Source: Alphaproteobacteria bacterium (GTDB taxonomy: Bacteria > Pseudomonadota > Alphaproteobacteria > UBA828). Taken from it: DNA of 64,000 nucleotides. This document shows positions 28,608-38,005 of this stretch, in pieces; within the stretch, counting starts at the first letter, position 1; each line of letters begins with the position of its first letter. The stretch is from NCBI GenBank assembly GCA_963667785.2, contig CAXXMU010000002.1, positions 864,001-928,000 of the forward strand, given 5' to 3'. The position numbers and the translations under genes are program-made. Under the pieces are notes generated by a model, which was not told the origin of the DNA, ran no database searches, and saw only the letters and a list, made by a program, of their open reading frames with translations.

Positions 28608-29414
28608 CTACGCTTCGGCACTCACCGGTGCGGTCCGCCCGTAGAAGCCGAGCCTCTCCGTCTCGCTGAAGACCACGTCGGGCGCCTCGTAGTAGGAGAA
28701 GACGGCGACGATGCGGGCGCGCGCGCCCTCGACCGGCGTGGTCCTATGCGCGGTGTTCTTCCCCTTGAAGACGTTGAGCGTGCCCGGGCTGAGCGGCATG
28801 GTCCGCACGTCGTCATCGTCGCCTGCGAGCAGCCGGGCGACGCCGCCATAGTTCGGGTCGATCTCGCTCCTCAGCCCGCTGCGGTACTGGAACGCGCCGC
28901 CCGCCGCGGGTGCCTGCAGGAGAATGGTGATGGTGAACTCGGCCCGGTCGAAGTGCCAGTTGAGGCGCTCGCCCGACCGGTAGGCCATGACGTTGAGGCG
29001 ACCGAGCGGGTCGGCCATGGGGTAGAGCCGGGGCTTCTCCAGCGTCGCCGCCAGGAAGTCGATGAGCGGCCGCCACTCGTAGATCCGCGCGATCGTGCTG
29101 GCCGGAATCTGGTCGCCGCAGATCGTGTGGTTGACGGTGGTGAAGCGGCCGAGCGCCGGGTGGCCGGGCGCGAGCCCCGCGATCTCGTCGTCGAAGTAGA
29201 TGTTGTGATCGCGGGCATGGGTGAAGGCGGCGGCCGCGAGAACCGGCTCGACCTCGGCGACGCAGGCCGCGAGCGCCTCGGGCCGGATGAGCCCGTCGAG
29301 GCTGAACATGCCGGCCTCGCGCAGCGCCTTCCGGCAGCGGGCGACGAGCGCCCGCGCCTGCGCGCCGCCCGGCGCGTCCACCGGCCAGCGGTCGAGATCG
29401 AGAACCCGCTCCAT
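28608..29414 (-). CDS. Fe(II)/2-oxoglutarate oxygenase of the BesD/ArpA-like family, hydroxylase-type
   Basis: HNIYF, LNWHFD (HxD), GGAFQY, PGTLNVFKG..HRTTPVEG..R; alternative GTG start at 29465. Confidence 0.8.
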   Translation of the reverse strand: MERVLDLDRWPVDAPGGAQARALVARCRKALREAGMFSLDGLIRPEALAACVAEVEPVLAAAAFTHARDHNIYFDDEIAGLAPGHPALGRFTTVNHTICGDQIPASTIARIYEWRPLIDFLAATLEKPRLYPMADPLGRLNVMAYRSGERLNWHFDRAEFTITILLQAPAAGGAFQYRSGLRSEIDPNYGGVARLLAGDDDDVRTMPLSPGTLNVFKGKNTAHRTTPVEGARARIVAVFSYYEAPDVVFSETERLGFYGRTAPVSAEA

Positions 29415-29455
29415 CGCCTGCGGCTGGCGCCGCGCGCCGGCGGGAGTCCCCTGCC

Positions 29456-30697
29456 CTACAGCCACTCCTCCTCCAGCGGATAGGAGGAGAGCTGCTCGTG
29501 GCCGTCAGCGGTGATCAGCACCTGCTCCTCAAGCTTGACCGATTCGCGGCCGCCGGCGGGCGAGGTCAGCGCCTCCACGCAGAGCACCATCCCCTCGCGC
29601 AGCACGGCGTCGTCGCCGGAGTCCTCGTCCTGCGGGTAGTGGATGACCGGATACTCGTCGCAGAGCCCCACCCCGTGCATCGCCGCCACGTAGCGCTGCT
29701 CGACGAACTCGTCGCCGAGGGGGCGCAGCCGCTCCGTCAGCTCGCGGAAGCCCACGCCCGGCTTCAGCAGCGCCTTGTTCTCCTGGATGTGCGCGTAGGC
29801 GTCGGCGTAGAGGCGCCGCTGCTCGTCGTCGGGCCGCGCGTCGCACACCCAGGTGCGCGAGATGTCGCAGCAATAGCCGTAGGGGCCCACGAGATCGGTG
29901 TCGAAGGCGACGATGTCGCCGCGCTCGATCGGCCGCAGCGAGGATTCGCGGAACCACGGGTTGGTGCGCGGCCCGGAGGCGAGCAGCCGGGTCTCGATCC
30001 ACTCGCCGCCGCCGGCGATGTTGCCGCGGTGGAGCTCGGCCCAGAGCGCGTTCTCGGTGATGCCGGGCACGAGCGCCGCCCGCATCTGCGCGATGGCCTG
30101 CTCGCACACGTGGATGGAATGACGCATCAGGGCGATCTCGCCGGCCGACTTGATGTTGCGGGCGTTCTCCATCACCTCGAAGCCGTCGAATATCTCGTAG
30201 CCCAGCCGCTGCATCTCGATGACGCCCTGCGGCGCGACCCGGTCGATGGCGATACGCCGGTTGCCGCCTGCGTCCGCCCGGATCACCGAGTCCAGATCGG
30301 CGGCCCAGGTCCTCGCCATCTCCGCGAGCTCCGTGCCGGCGATGAAGTAGAGGAAGGCGATGGCCGGGCGCACCTCGCCGATGGTGGGCAGGCCCTCGTT
30401 GATCAGCGTGCTGCCGCCGCCGAACTCGAAGAGGCGGACCGGCCCTTCCGTCGGCACGTAGAGGTAGCGCGACTCGTTGTGGGCGCACCAGATCTGCATG
30501 TTCGTCGCATCGCTGGCGTAGCGGATGTTCACCGGGTCGTAGAGGAGGATGCCGGCGAGGTCGCGCTCCGCCAGCGCCGCGCGCACGCGCGCGAGCCGGT
30601 AGCGCCGCACCGCGTCGAGATCGCACGGCGGGATGCTGTGCTCCATCGCGCCGTGCTGGCGCGGCGTGTTGGCCGTGTTGCCGCCTTCGCTATTCAT
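29456..30697 (-). CDS. M24 peptidase-fold protein, DddP (DMSP lyase)-like
   Basis: DPVNIRYASDATNMQIW, GGEWIETRLLASGPRTNPWF, FDTDL..DISRT, MHGVGLCDEYP, CVEA, KLEEQVL. Confidence 0.8.
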   Translation of the reverse strand: MNSEGGNTANTPRQHGAMEHSIPPCDLDAVRRYRLARVRAALAERDLAGILLYDPVNIRYASDATNMQIWCAHNESRYLYVPTEGPVRLFEFGGGSTLINEGLPTIGEVRPAIAFLYFIAGTELAEMARTWAADLDSVIRADAGGNRRIAIDRVAPQGVIEMQRLGYEIFDGFEVMENARNIKSAGEIALMRHSIHVCEQAIAQMRAALVPGITENALWAELHRGNIAGGGEWIETRLLASGPRTNPWFRESSLRPIERGDIVAFDTDLVGPYGYCCDISRTWVCDARPDDEQRRLYADAYAHIQENKALLKPGVGFRELTERLRPLGDEFVEQRYVAAMHGVGLCDEYPVIHYPQDEDSGDDAVLREGMVLCVEALTSPAGGRESVKLEEQVLITADGHEQLSSYPLEEEWL

Positions 30698-30758
30698 CAA
30701 GTCCCTCCGCGACGAAATAGCAGATCGCGCCGTCGATTCTGGTCACGCCCCACGGGCC

Positions 30759-31967
30759 TCAGACCTCCCTGCCGAGCAGCCGCTCGTCGAAGGGAAACGT
30801 GCTCATGGTCTCGATACCCGTCTCGGTCACCAGCACCTGCTCCTCGAGCTTCACCCCCTCGCCGCCGTCCTCGTGGCCGATGAAGCTCTCGATGCAGAGC
30901 GTCATGTCGGGCTCGACGATGCCGTCATAGTCCCGCCCGGAGTCGTAGTCGGCCTCGTAGACGATATAGGGATACTCGCCCGTGGCGCCGATGCCGTGGA
31001 TCATCAGGTAGTAGCGGCGCGCGTAGTAGGGGGCGGGGATCGTCCACGCCGCCTCCGTGATCTCCCGGAACGTCCGCCCCGGCCGGATCAGGTCCATGTT
31101 GTGGTGGATCTGCTCGTGGGCGAGGCGGTAGAGCGTCGTCTGTGCGGCGCTCGGCCGGCCGTCGCCGCAGAGGAAGGTCCGCGAGAAGTCCGCGTAGTAG
31201 CCGTGCGGGCCGACGACGTCGGTATCGTGGGCGACCAGCTCGCCGGCGCGGATCACGCGCTCGCCGCTTTCCTGGAACCAGGGGTTGGTCCGCTCGCCCG
31301 AGCTGAGCAGCCGCGTCTCCACATAGTCAGCGCCGTCCGCGATCAGATGGCGATGGAACTCCGCCCAGAGCGCGTTCTCGCTGATGCCGGGCCTGACGGC
31401 GTCCTGCAACGCCCGCTCCGCCGCCATGACGCAGGCCATCGAGCGCTTCGAGCAGGCGATCTCCTCGGGCGTCTTGATCGCCCGCGCCCTCTCGGCCGGC
31501 GCCTGGGCGTCGAGGACGGCGAAGCCCCGGTCCGCCAGATGGTTGGCGGCGCGCACGTCGATACGCTCCAGGCCGATCCGGGTCTCGCCCGGACAGTGGC
31601 GGCGCATGAGCGCGGCGATCTCGTCGGCCCAGGCCCGCGCCGTCTCGTCCAGGAGCGGCCCGCGCGCCACGTAGGAGACCGTGGTCGAGACGCGGATCTC
31701 GTCGATCGCCGGGTTGTCCCGCTCCATGTGCTCGCAGCCTGCGAACTCGAACAGCACGACCGGGCCCTCGACGGGCACGAACACGTAGCGCGCCGGATTG
31801 CGCAGGAGGAAGGGCAGCATGTTCCGCGCGCCGGTGGCGTAGCGCACGTTGTGCGGGTCGGTCAGCACCAGGGCCGCCACGTCGAAGCGCGCCATCTCCG
31901 CCCGCAGCCGCGCCAGCCGGCCGAGGCGCAGGGCGGTCTCGTCGGGCGCCGGCGGCACCGGGCTCAT
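30759..31967 (-). CDS. M24 peptidase-fold protein, DddP-like paralogue
   Basis: DPHNVRYAT, ETRLLSSGERTNPWFQE, HDTDV..DFSRT, IHGIGATGEYP, CIES, KLEEQVL. Confidence 0.8.
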   Translation of the reverse strand: MSPVPPAPDETALRLGRLARLRAEMARFDVAALVLTDPHNVRYATGARNMLPFLLRNPARYVFVPVEGPVVLFEFAGCEHMERDNPAIDEIRVSTTVSYVARGPLLDETARAWADEIAALMRRHCPGETRIGLERIDVRAANHLADRGFAVLDAQAPAERARAIKTPEEIACSKRSMACVMAAERALQDAVRPGISENALWAEFHRHLIADGADYVETRLLSSGERTNPWFQESGERVIRAGELVAHDTDVVGPHGYYADFSRTFLCGDGRPSAAQTTLYRLAHEQIHHNMDLIRPGRTFREITEAAWTIPAPYYARRYYLMIHGIGATGEYPYIVYEADYDSGRDYDGIVEPDMTLCIESFIGHEDGGEGVKLEEQVLVTETGIETMSTFPFDERLLGREV

Positions 31968-31971
31968 GGAC

Positions 31972-34080
31972 TCACTCGGCGGCGTGGATTTCCCGGTCGG
32001 GGATGGTGATCACGGGCTCGACCTCGCGCAGCTCCTCGAGCGGGATGTGGCAGGCGATGACGTGGCGCTCGGCGTTGGTCCTGACCGGCGGCGGCTCCTC
32101 CTCGCAGATGGCGCCGAGCTTGCGCGGACAGCGGGTCGAGAACGGGCACCCCTTGGGCGGATCGAGCGGGCTCGGCAGCGTGCCTTCCAGGACGATGCGG
32201 CGCTTCTCCACCTCGGGGTCCGCGATGGGGACGGCGGAGAGCAACGCCTCGGTATAGGGATGGTAGGGCGGCGCGAAGACCTCCTCCGTCGAGCCGCGCT
32301 CCATGATCTGCCCGAGATACATCACCACCACCCGGTCGGCGAGATAGCGCACCGCCGAGAGATCGTGGCTGATGAAGAGCAGCGTGGTGCGGTGCTCGCG
32401 CTGAATGTCCATCAGCAGCTCCGTCACCGCAGCGGCGACCGAGACGTCGAGCGCCGAGATCGGCTCGTCGGCGATCACCGTCTTGGGATTGCCGGCGAAG
32501 GCGCGGGCGATGCCCACCCGCTGCTTCTGCCCGCCGGAGAGCTGCCGGGGCTTGCGCGAGACGAAGGCGCGCGGCAGCTTCACCGTGTCCAGCAGCTCGT
32601 TGACGCGCTCCTTCCGCTTGGCGGAATCGCGCTCGATGCCGAAACGCTTGATGACCCGGCCGATCTGGTAGCCGACCGAGTGCGACGGGTTGAGGGTGTC
32701 GTTCGGGTTCTGGAACACCATCTGCAGCGAGGCGAGCTGCGCCGCCGAGCGCTTGTTGACCGGGACGCCGCCGAGATCGGTCCCGTCGAGCACGACCTCG
32801 CCGTCAGTCGCGGTCTCCAGCCCCATCAGCACCTTGGCGAAGGTGGACTTGCCGCAGCCGGATTCGCCCACGATGGCGACCGTCTCGCTCTCACCTGCGC
32901 GGAAGCTGATGCTCTCGTTCGCCTTGACCTGGCGCACCGCACCGCCGGAGACCAGCGCCGCCAGCGAGCGGTCGCGCACCTTGTAGTACTTGCGCATGTT
33001 CGCGACCTGGAGGACGGTCTCGCCGACCTCGATGGGCTCGCGGCTTTCCTCGACCCGCACCGCCTCGGTGACGTCGATCCCCTCCCAGCGCAGGCAGCGG
33101 ACCCGATGCGCCGGATCGTCGTCGGTATGCACGCCTTCCATCGGGATCAGGCCCTTGTCGCACCTCCCCTCCTCGAAGAACACGCAGCGCGGCCCGAAGT
33201 TGCAGCCCTCGGGCCGCTCGTGGGGAAGCGGAAGCTGGCCCTTGATCGAGACCAGCGGGCGCGCGTTCTTGTCGGCATGGGGCAGCGGGATGCAGCCGAA
33301 GAGCCCCTGCGTGTAGGGATGCTTGGGCCAGGAGAAGATCGAATCGATCGTCCCCTCCTCCACCACCTCGCCCGAGTACATCACGCAGATGCGGTCGCAG
33401 ACCTCCAGCATCAGGCCGAGATTGTGAGAGATGTAGAGCAGCGACGAGCCGGTCTTGCGGCTGAGCTCGGCGATCAGCTCGACGATGCCGGCCTCCACCG
33501 TCACGTCGAGCGCCGTCGTCGGCTCGTCGAGCAGCAGGAGCGCCGGCTGCGAGAGCAGCGCCATGGCGATCACCACCCGCTGCTGCTGGCCGCCGGAGAC
33601 CTGGTGCGGATAGGAGATCATCAGGCGCTTCGGGTCCGGGATGTGGACAGCCGACAGCATGTCGTGGGCGCGCTCGAAGGCTTCGGCCCGGCTCACGCCC
33701 TCATGGATGATCGGCACCTCCATGAGCTGCTGGCCGATGGTCAGGCTCGGATTGAGCGAGGCCATCGGCTCCTGGTAGATCATGGCGATGTCCTTGCCGC
33801 GCACGCGGCGAATCTCCTCCTCGGACATCTCGGCCATGTCGCGGCCCTTGAAGCGGATGGTGCCGCCGACGATGTCGCCGTTGTGCCCCATGTAGCGCAT
33901 GATGCCGTTGGCCACGGTGGACTTGCCGCAGCCGGATTCACCCACGAGGCCGACCGATTCGCCCTTCGCCACGGTGAGGTCGAAGTCGTAGACCGCCGGC
34001 ACCTCGCCGGCGCGGGTGTAGTAGCTGAGGCAGAGCCCCGTGATCTCGAGGACCGGCGGCTCAGCGCTGTGATCGTTCAT
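31972..34080 (-). CDS. Dipeptide/oligopeptide-type ABC transporter, fused double ATPase
   Basis: Two [13 protein letters not shown] signatures, HPYT, CxFxxRC. Confidence 0.93.
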   Translation of the reverse strand: MNDHSAEPPVLEITGLCLSYYTRAGEVPAVYDFDLTVAKGESVGLVGESGCGKSTVANGIMRYMGHNGDIVGGTIRFKGRDMAEMSEEEIRRVRGKDIAMIYQEPMASLNPSLTIGQQLMEVPIIHEGVSRAEAFERAHDMLSAVHIPDPKRLMISYPHQVSGGQQQRVVIAMALLSQPALLLLDEPTTALDVTVEAGIVELIAELSRKTGSSLLYISHNLGLMLEVCDRICVMYSGEVVEEGTIDSIFSWPKHPYTQGLFGCIPLPHADKNARPLVSIKGQLPLPHERPEGCNFGPRCVFFEEGRCDKGLIPMEGVHTDDDPAHRVRCLRWEGIDVTEAVRVEESREPIEVGETVLQVANMRKYYKVRDRSLAALVSGGAVRQVKANESISFRAGESETVAIVGESGCGKSTFAKVLMGLETATDGEVVLDGTDLGGVPVNKRSAAQLASLQMVFQNPNDTLNPSHSVGYQIGRVIKRFGIERDSAKRKERVNELLDTVKLPRAFVSRKPRQLSGGQKQRVGIARAFAGNPKTVIADEPISALDVSVAAAVTELLMDIQREHRTTLLFISHDLSAVRYLADRVVVMYLGQIMERGSTEEVFAPPYHPYTEALLSAVPIADPEVEKRRIVLEGTLPSPLDPPKGCPFSTRCPRKLGAICEEEPPPVRTNAERHVIACHIPLEELREVEPVITIPDREIHAAE

Positions 34081-34090
34081 TCCGCGCCTC

Positions 34091-34996
34091 CTAGTCCTTG
34101 AGCGATACTTCGCGCAGCCCGTCGGCCAGCAGGTTGAAGCCGAGCACCAGCAGCGAGACCGCGCAGGCGGGCAGGATCGCCATGTGGGGGAAGCCGCCGG
34201 AGACGAAGGCGCGGGTCTCGGTGATCATCCCGCCCCAGTCCGGGTCGGGCGGCGGCAGGCCGAGGCCGAGGAAGCCGAGCGCGCCGATGGTGATCGTCGT
34301 GTAGCCCATGCGCAGGCAGAAATCGACGATCAGCGGCCCGCGCGCGTTGGGCAGGATCTCCATCAGCATGATGTACCAGGGCCCCTCGCCCCTGGTCTGG
34401 GCGGCGGCGATGTAGTCGCGGGTCGCGATGTCCATCGTCACGCCGCGCACGATGCGCATGATGCCGGGCGAGGAGGCGAAGACGACCGCGAAGATGATGT
34501 TGATCCCGGACGCGCCGACCTTCGCGATGATCAGCACGTAGAGCACCATGATCGGGAAGGAGAGAATCACGTTGGCGACGAAGGAGAGGATCTCGTCCAG
34601 GTAGCCCCGGAAGTAGCCGGCTGCCAGGCCCATGAGGATGCCCACAACGTAGGCGCAGGCCGTCGCCGCGGTGGCGTAGAAGAGCACCCGCTGGCCGCCG
34701 AAGATGATCCGGGACAGGATGTCGCGGCCGAGATGGTCGGTGCCGAGCAGGAACACGCCGCCGTCCGGCGCGTCTGCGCCGGGGAAGGCGAAGGGCACCA
34801 TCGTCGCGTTGGGGTCGAAGGGCGCGATGAACTCGGCGAAGATCGCGAGGATCACGAAGCCGAGGACGATGCCGGCGCCCACCATGCCGACCGGGCTCTC
34901 CCTCAGCAACGCGACCGGCTTGAGGGACGCGGCGAAGCTCGCGCCGAGCCTGGCGAGCGGCGTGCTGGGGGCTCCCATGCGCGGCACGTCGCTCAT
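34091..34996 (-). CDS. ABC transporter permease (DppC-like)
   Basis: LLGTDHLGRDILSRII, ILPN, LGFLGLGLPPPDPDWG. Confidence 0.92.
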   Translation of the reverse strand: MSDVPRMGAPSTPLARLGASFAASLKPVALLRESPVGMVGAGIVLGFVILAIFAEFIAPFDPNATMVPFAFPGADAPDGGVFLLGTDHLGRDILSRIIFGGQRVLFYATAATACAYVVGILMGLAAGYFRGYLDEILSFVANVILSFPIMVLYVLIIAKVGASGINIIFAVVFASSPGIMRIVRGVTMDIATRDYIAAAQTRGEGPWYIMLMEILPNARGPLIVDFCLRMGYTTITIGALGFLGLGLPPPDPDWGGMITETRAFVSGGFPHMAILPACAVSLLVLGFNLLADGLREVSLKD

Positions 34997-35925
34997 TTGA
35001 ACCTGATCCTCGGGTTCAGATAGGTGTAGCCGAGGTCGCCGACTGTCTGCGTGAAGACCGCGACGAAGACCGCCGCCGTGCCGCAGGCCTCGATGACGAA
35101 GATGTCGCGCCGGAGCGCCGCCTCCAGCAGCAGCGCGCCGAAGCCCTTGTAGCCGAACGCGAACTCGGTCACGACCACGCCCGACAGCAGCCAATTGATC
35201 TGCAGCATGATCACGGTGAACGGCGCGATCAGCGCGTTGCGGAGCGCGTGCTTCAGGATGATGCGCCGGTAGGGCAGGCCCTTGAGCACGGCCGTGCGTA
35301 TGTAGGGCGTGGTCATCACCTCGGCCATCGAGGCGCGCGTCATGCGCGCGATGTAGCCGAAGCCGTAGAGCACCAGCACCAGCACCGGCAGGATCATCTG
35401 GACCGGGTCGAAGCCCGAGGTCATCGACGAGGTGCCCGGCAGGATGCCCAGCCAGAAGACGAAGATGCCGACCAGGAACACCGCGCTGGCGTATTCCGGG
35501 ATCGAGGTGGTGATGATCGAGAAGACCGAGATCGACCGGTCCTGCAGCGATCCCTCCTTCATGCCCGCCAGCACGCCGAGGGTGAGCGCGATCACGACCA
35601 TGATGACGAAGGTGACGCCGGCGAGGATGCCGGTGTTGCCGAGGCGGTCCCAGAAGATCTCGTTAACGGGCCGCTTGTAGATGACCGAGTAGCCGAGGTC
35701 GCCGGCGAATATTCGGCCTATCCATTCGAAGTAGCGAACGATGACCGAGCGGTCGTAGCCGTTCTCGATCACCCAGGCGTTGAGCTGCTCGGGCTGCGCG
35801 TAGGGCCCGAGAACGCTGCGGGCGACCAGCGTCGGGTCGCCCTCGTTGATGAGGAAGAGCAGCAGCGCGACGACCAGCAGGATGAGGATCATCATGCCGA
35901 TGCGCCGGATGATCAGCTGGACCAT
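34993..35925 (-). CDS. ABC transporter permease (DppB-like)
   Basis: GDLGYS, RMTRASM..YIRTA.LKG, HALRNAL, LNPRIR. Confidence 0.93.
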   Translation of the reverse strand: MVQLIIRRIGMMILILLVVALLLFLINEGDPTLVARSVLGPYAQPEQLNAWVIENGYDRSVIVRYFEWIGRIFAGDLGYSVIYKRPVNEIFWDRLGNTGILAGVTFVIMVVIALTLGVLAGMKEGSLQDRSISVFSIITTSIPEYASAVFLVGIFVFWLGILPGTSSMTSGFDPVQMILPVLVLVLYGFGYIARMTRASMAEVMTTPYIRTAVLKGLPYRRIILKHALRNALIAPFTVIMLQINWLLSGVVVTEFAFGYKGFGALLLEAALRRDIFVIEACGTAAVFVAVFTQTVGDLGYTYLNPRIRFK

Positions 35926-36032
35926 GTCAGGCTCCAGCCGTCAAGCGAAGACGCGCGGGACAGGCTCGTCCCGCGCCGGCGATAAGGGGGAACGTGGCGC
36001 GGGAGCCCGGAGACCCCCGCGCCGCTCGTCGC

Positions 36033-37754
36033 TCAAGCGTCGTCCAGCCACACTTCGTGGAACTGGTGATACAAGGTCGGGTGGACCTTCAGGCCCTTCA
36101 CCTTCTTGTTCGCCGCCTTGTACACCGAGCGCCAGAAGGGCTGCGGGATGATCGCGTCGTCCTGCAGGATCTTCTGGCAGACCGCCATCTTCTTCTTGCG
36201 CTCGTTGACGTCGAACGTGCCGTCGGCATCGTCGAGCGCCGCATCGAAGGCCGGGTTGTCGTAGGCGCACTCGTTCCACGGCACGCCGGCCCGGTAGGCG
36301 AGGCCGAGCACCATGGTGCCGAGCGGGCGGTGCGTCCACGCCGTGTAGCCCCACGGCGCCTTGTCCCAGACCTCCCAGTACTGGTTGGCCGGCATCTTGT
36401 TGATGTCGATGTTGATGCCGGCAGGCGCCGCCTGGTTCTTGAAGATCGCGCAGGCGTCGGTCATCCACGGGCCCTCGGTGTCGCCGTTGGCGATCTCGAT
36501 GGTGATCCCGTCGGGATAGCCGGCCTCGGCGAGCAGCGCCTTCGCCTTCTCGATGTCCCGCTTGAGCGGCGGCAGTTCCGCGTACTCGGGATGGATCGGG
36601 CAGACGTGGTGGTTCTCGGCGACCTGGCCGCGCCCCTGGAAGGATTTTTCCAGCAGCTCCGCGTGGTCCATGCAGGCCGCCACCGCCTGGCGCAGCTTGA
36701 GATTGTCGAACGGCGCCTCGGTGACCCGGAAGCGCATGACTGCGGTCTGCGCCGTCGTCACCGAGTGGATGTCCACGAAGGGCAGCGCCGCCACCGCCTC
36801 GTGGGCGTCGCTGGGCAGGCGGTAGATCATGTCCACCTGCTGCGAGGCGAGCGCCGCGACCCAGGCGTTGGTGTCCTCGCCGTGGTCGTAGTAGTGGATC
36901 TCGTCCAGGTAGAAGGGGCCGGCCCACCAGTCCCGCGCCTTCTTGAGGATGGCGGCCTCGCCCACGTCGTTCCGGACCAGCTCGAACGGGCCGGTGCCGA
37001 TCGGGTTCGAGGCGAGATCGGCCTCGTAGTCCACGCCGAAGCCCCGGTGCACGATGGCGGTCGGATAGTTGTAGAACTTCTCCGGCATCGCCAGGTCGGG
37101 CTGCTTCAGGTTGAACTGGATGGTGTGATCGTCGATCACCTCGATGGCGTTGGGAATGCCCCGCTTCACGCCGTCCGCATCGGCCTCGACCATGGCCCCG
37201 AAGAGCCCGAGGTTCGACGAGCCGACGGCCGGGTCGAGCCAGCGGCTCACCGTGTGGGCGACGTCGGCCGCGGTGAAGGCGTCGCCGTTCGACCAGGTGA
37301 CGCCCTGGCGCAGATGGAAGACCCAGGTCGACAAGTCGTCGGACGCCTCCCACTTCTCGGCGAGGTAGGGGACCGTGATGTTGTCCGACCGGGTCCTGGA
37401 CAGGTGCTCCACCATGAAGCGCGCGACGTTCGACCTCTCGACCCAGTCGAAGATGGCCGGGTCGTCCATCGCCTGCACCCGCTGGGAGACCTTGAGCACG
37501 CCGCCCATCTTGGGCTCACCGGCGCTGGCGGAACGGATCACGTCACCGCCGGGCATGCCGGCCATGGCATAGGCCGTGCCGGCGGCCACGCCGAGCAGCG
37601 TCGCCTGGCGCAGGAAGTCGCGCCGGCTGATCTTGCCCGTCTGCAACTGGTCGCAGAGCTCCGGCATGTAGGAATGTGTCTCCGCGCCCAACGCGCGTTC
37701 CGACGGCAGCGTGTAGCGCCGCGGATCACGGCTCAGCACTTTCTTGTCACTCAT
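36033..37754 (-). CDS. ABC transporter solute-binding protein family 5, Tat signal
   Basis: SRRDFLR, LAEKWEASDD, PIGTGPF, PFDN..RQA, AKALLAEAGYPDG. Confidence 0.92.
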   Translation of the reverse strand: MSDKKVLSRDPRRYTLPSERALGAETHSYMPELCDQLQTGKISRRDFLRQATLLGVAAGTAYAMAGMPGGDVIRSASAGEPKMGGVLKVSQRVQAMDDPAIFDWVERSNVARFMVEHLSRTRSDNITVPYLAEKWEASDDLSTWVFHLRQGVTWSNGDAFTAADVAHTVSRWLDPAVGSSNLGLFGAMVEADADGVKRGIPNAIEVIDDHTIQFNLKQPDLAMPEKFYNYPTAIVHRGFGVDYEADLASNPIGTGPFELVRNDVGEAAILKKARDWWAGPFYLDEIHYYDHGEDTNAWVAALASQQVDMIYRLPSDAHEAVAALPFVDIHSVTTAQTAVMRFRVTEAPFDNLKLRQAVAACMDHAELLEKSFQGRGQVAENHHVCPIHPEYAELPPLKRDIEKAKALLAEAGYPDGITIEIANGDTEGPWMTDACAIFKNQAAPAGINIDINKMPANQYWEVWDKAPWGYTAWTHRPLGTMVLGLAYRAGVPWNECAYDNPAFDAALDDADGTFDVNERKKKMAVCQKILQDDAIIPQPFWRSVYKAANKKVKGLKVHPTLYHQFHEVWLDDA

Positions 37755-38005
37755 AGACGTAACCCTCCTTCGTGTGATTCGCGTCGACGGTGCCGAGGCT
37801 AGACGGCGCCGGCGAGCCGGCATTGGAAGACGTGCCTTGGTCCCGTTCCGCCTGCCTGTCACCAGTCCGGTTGGAACCAAGCCTAGCCCAAAGCGGAGCC
37901 TCTGTCGCCCCGCCAAACATCTCGGAAAACGCAAAAAACCTCCCCGCAGTTCGATCTGTCAGCGAACCGGACGCGGCATCGTCATGTTTTCGCATGCCAA
38001 TGACC

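Noticed and set aside
28608-29414. Radical amino-acid halogenase
   Set aside because: Has HFD; the Asp occupies the halide position.
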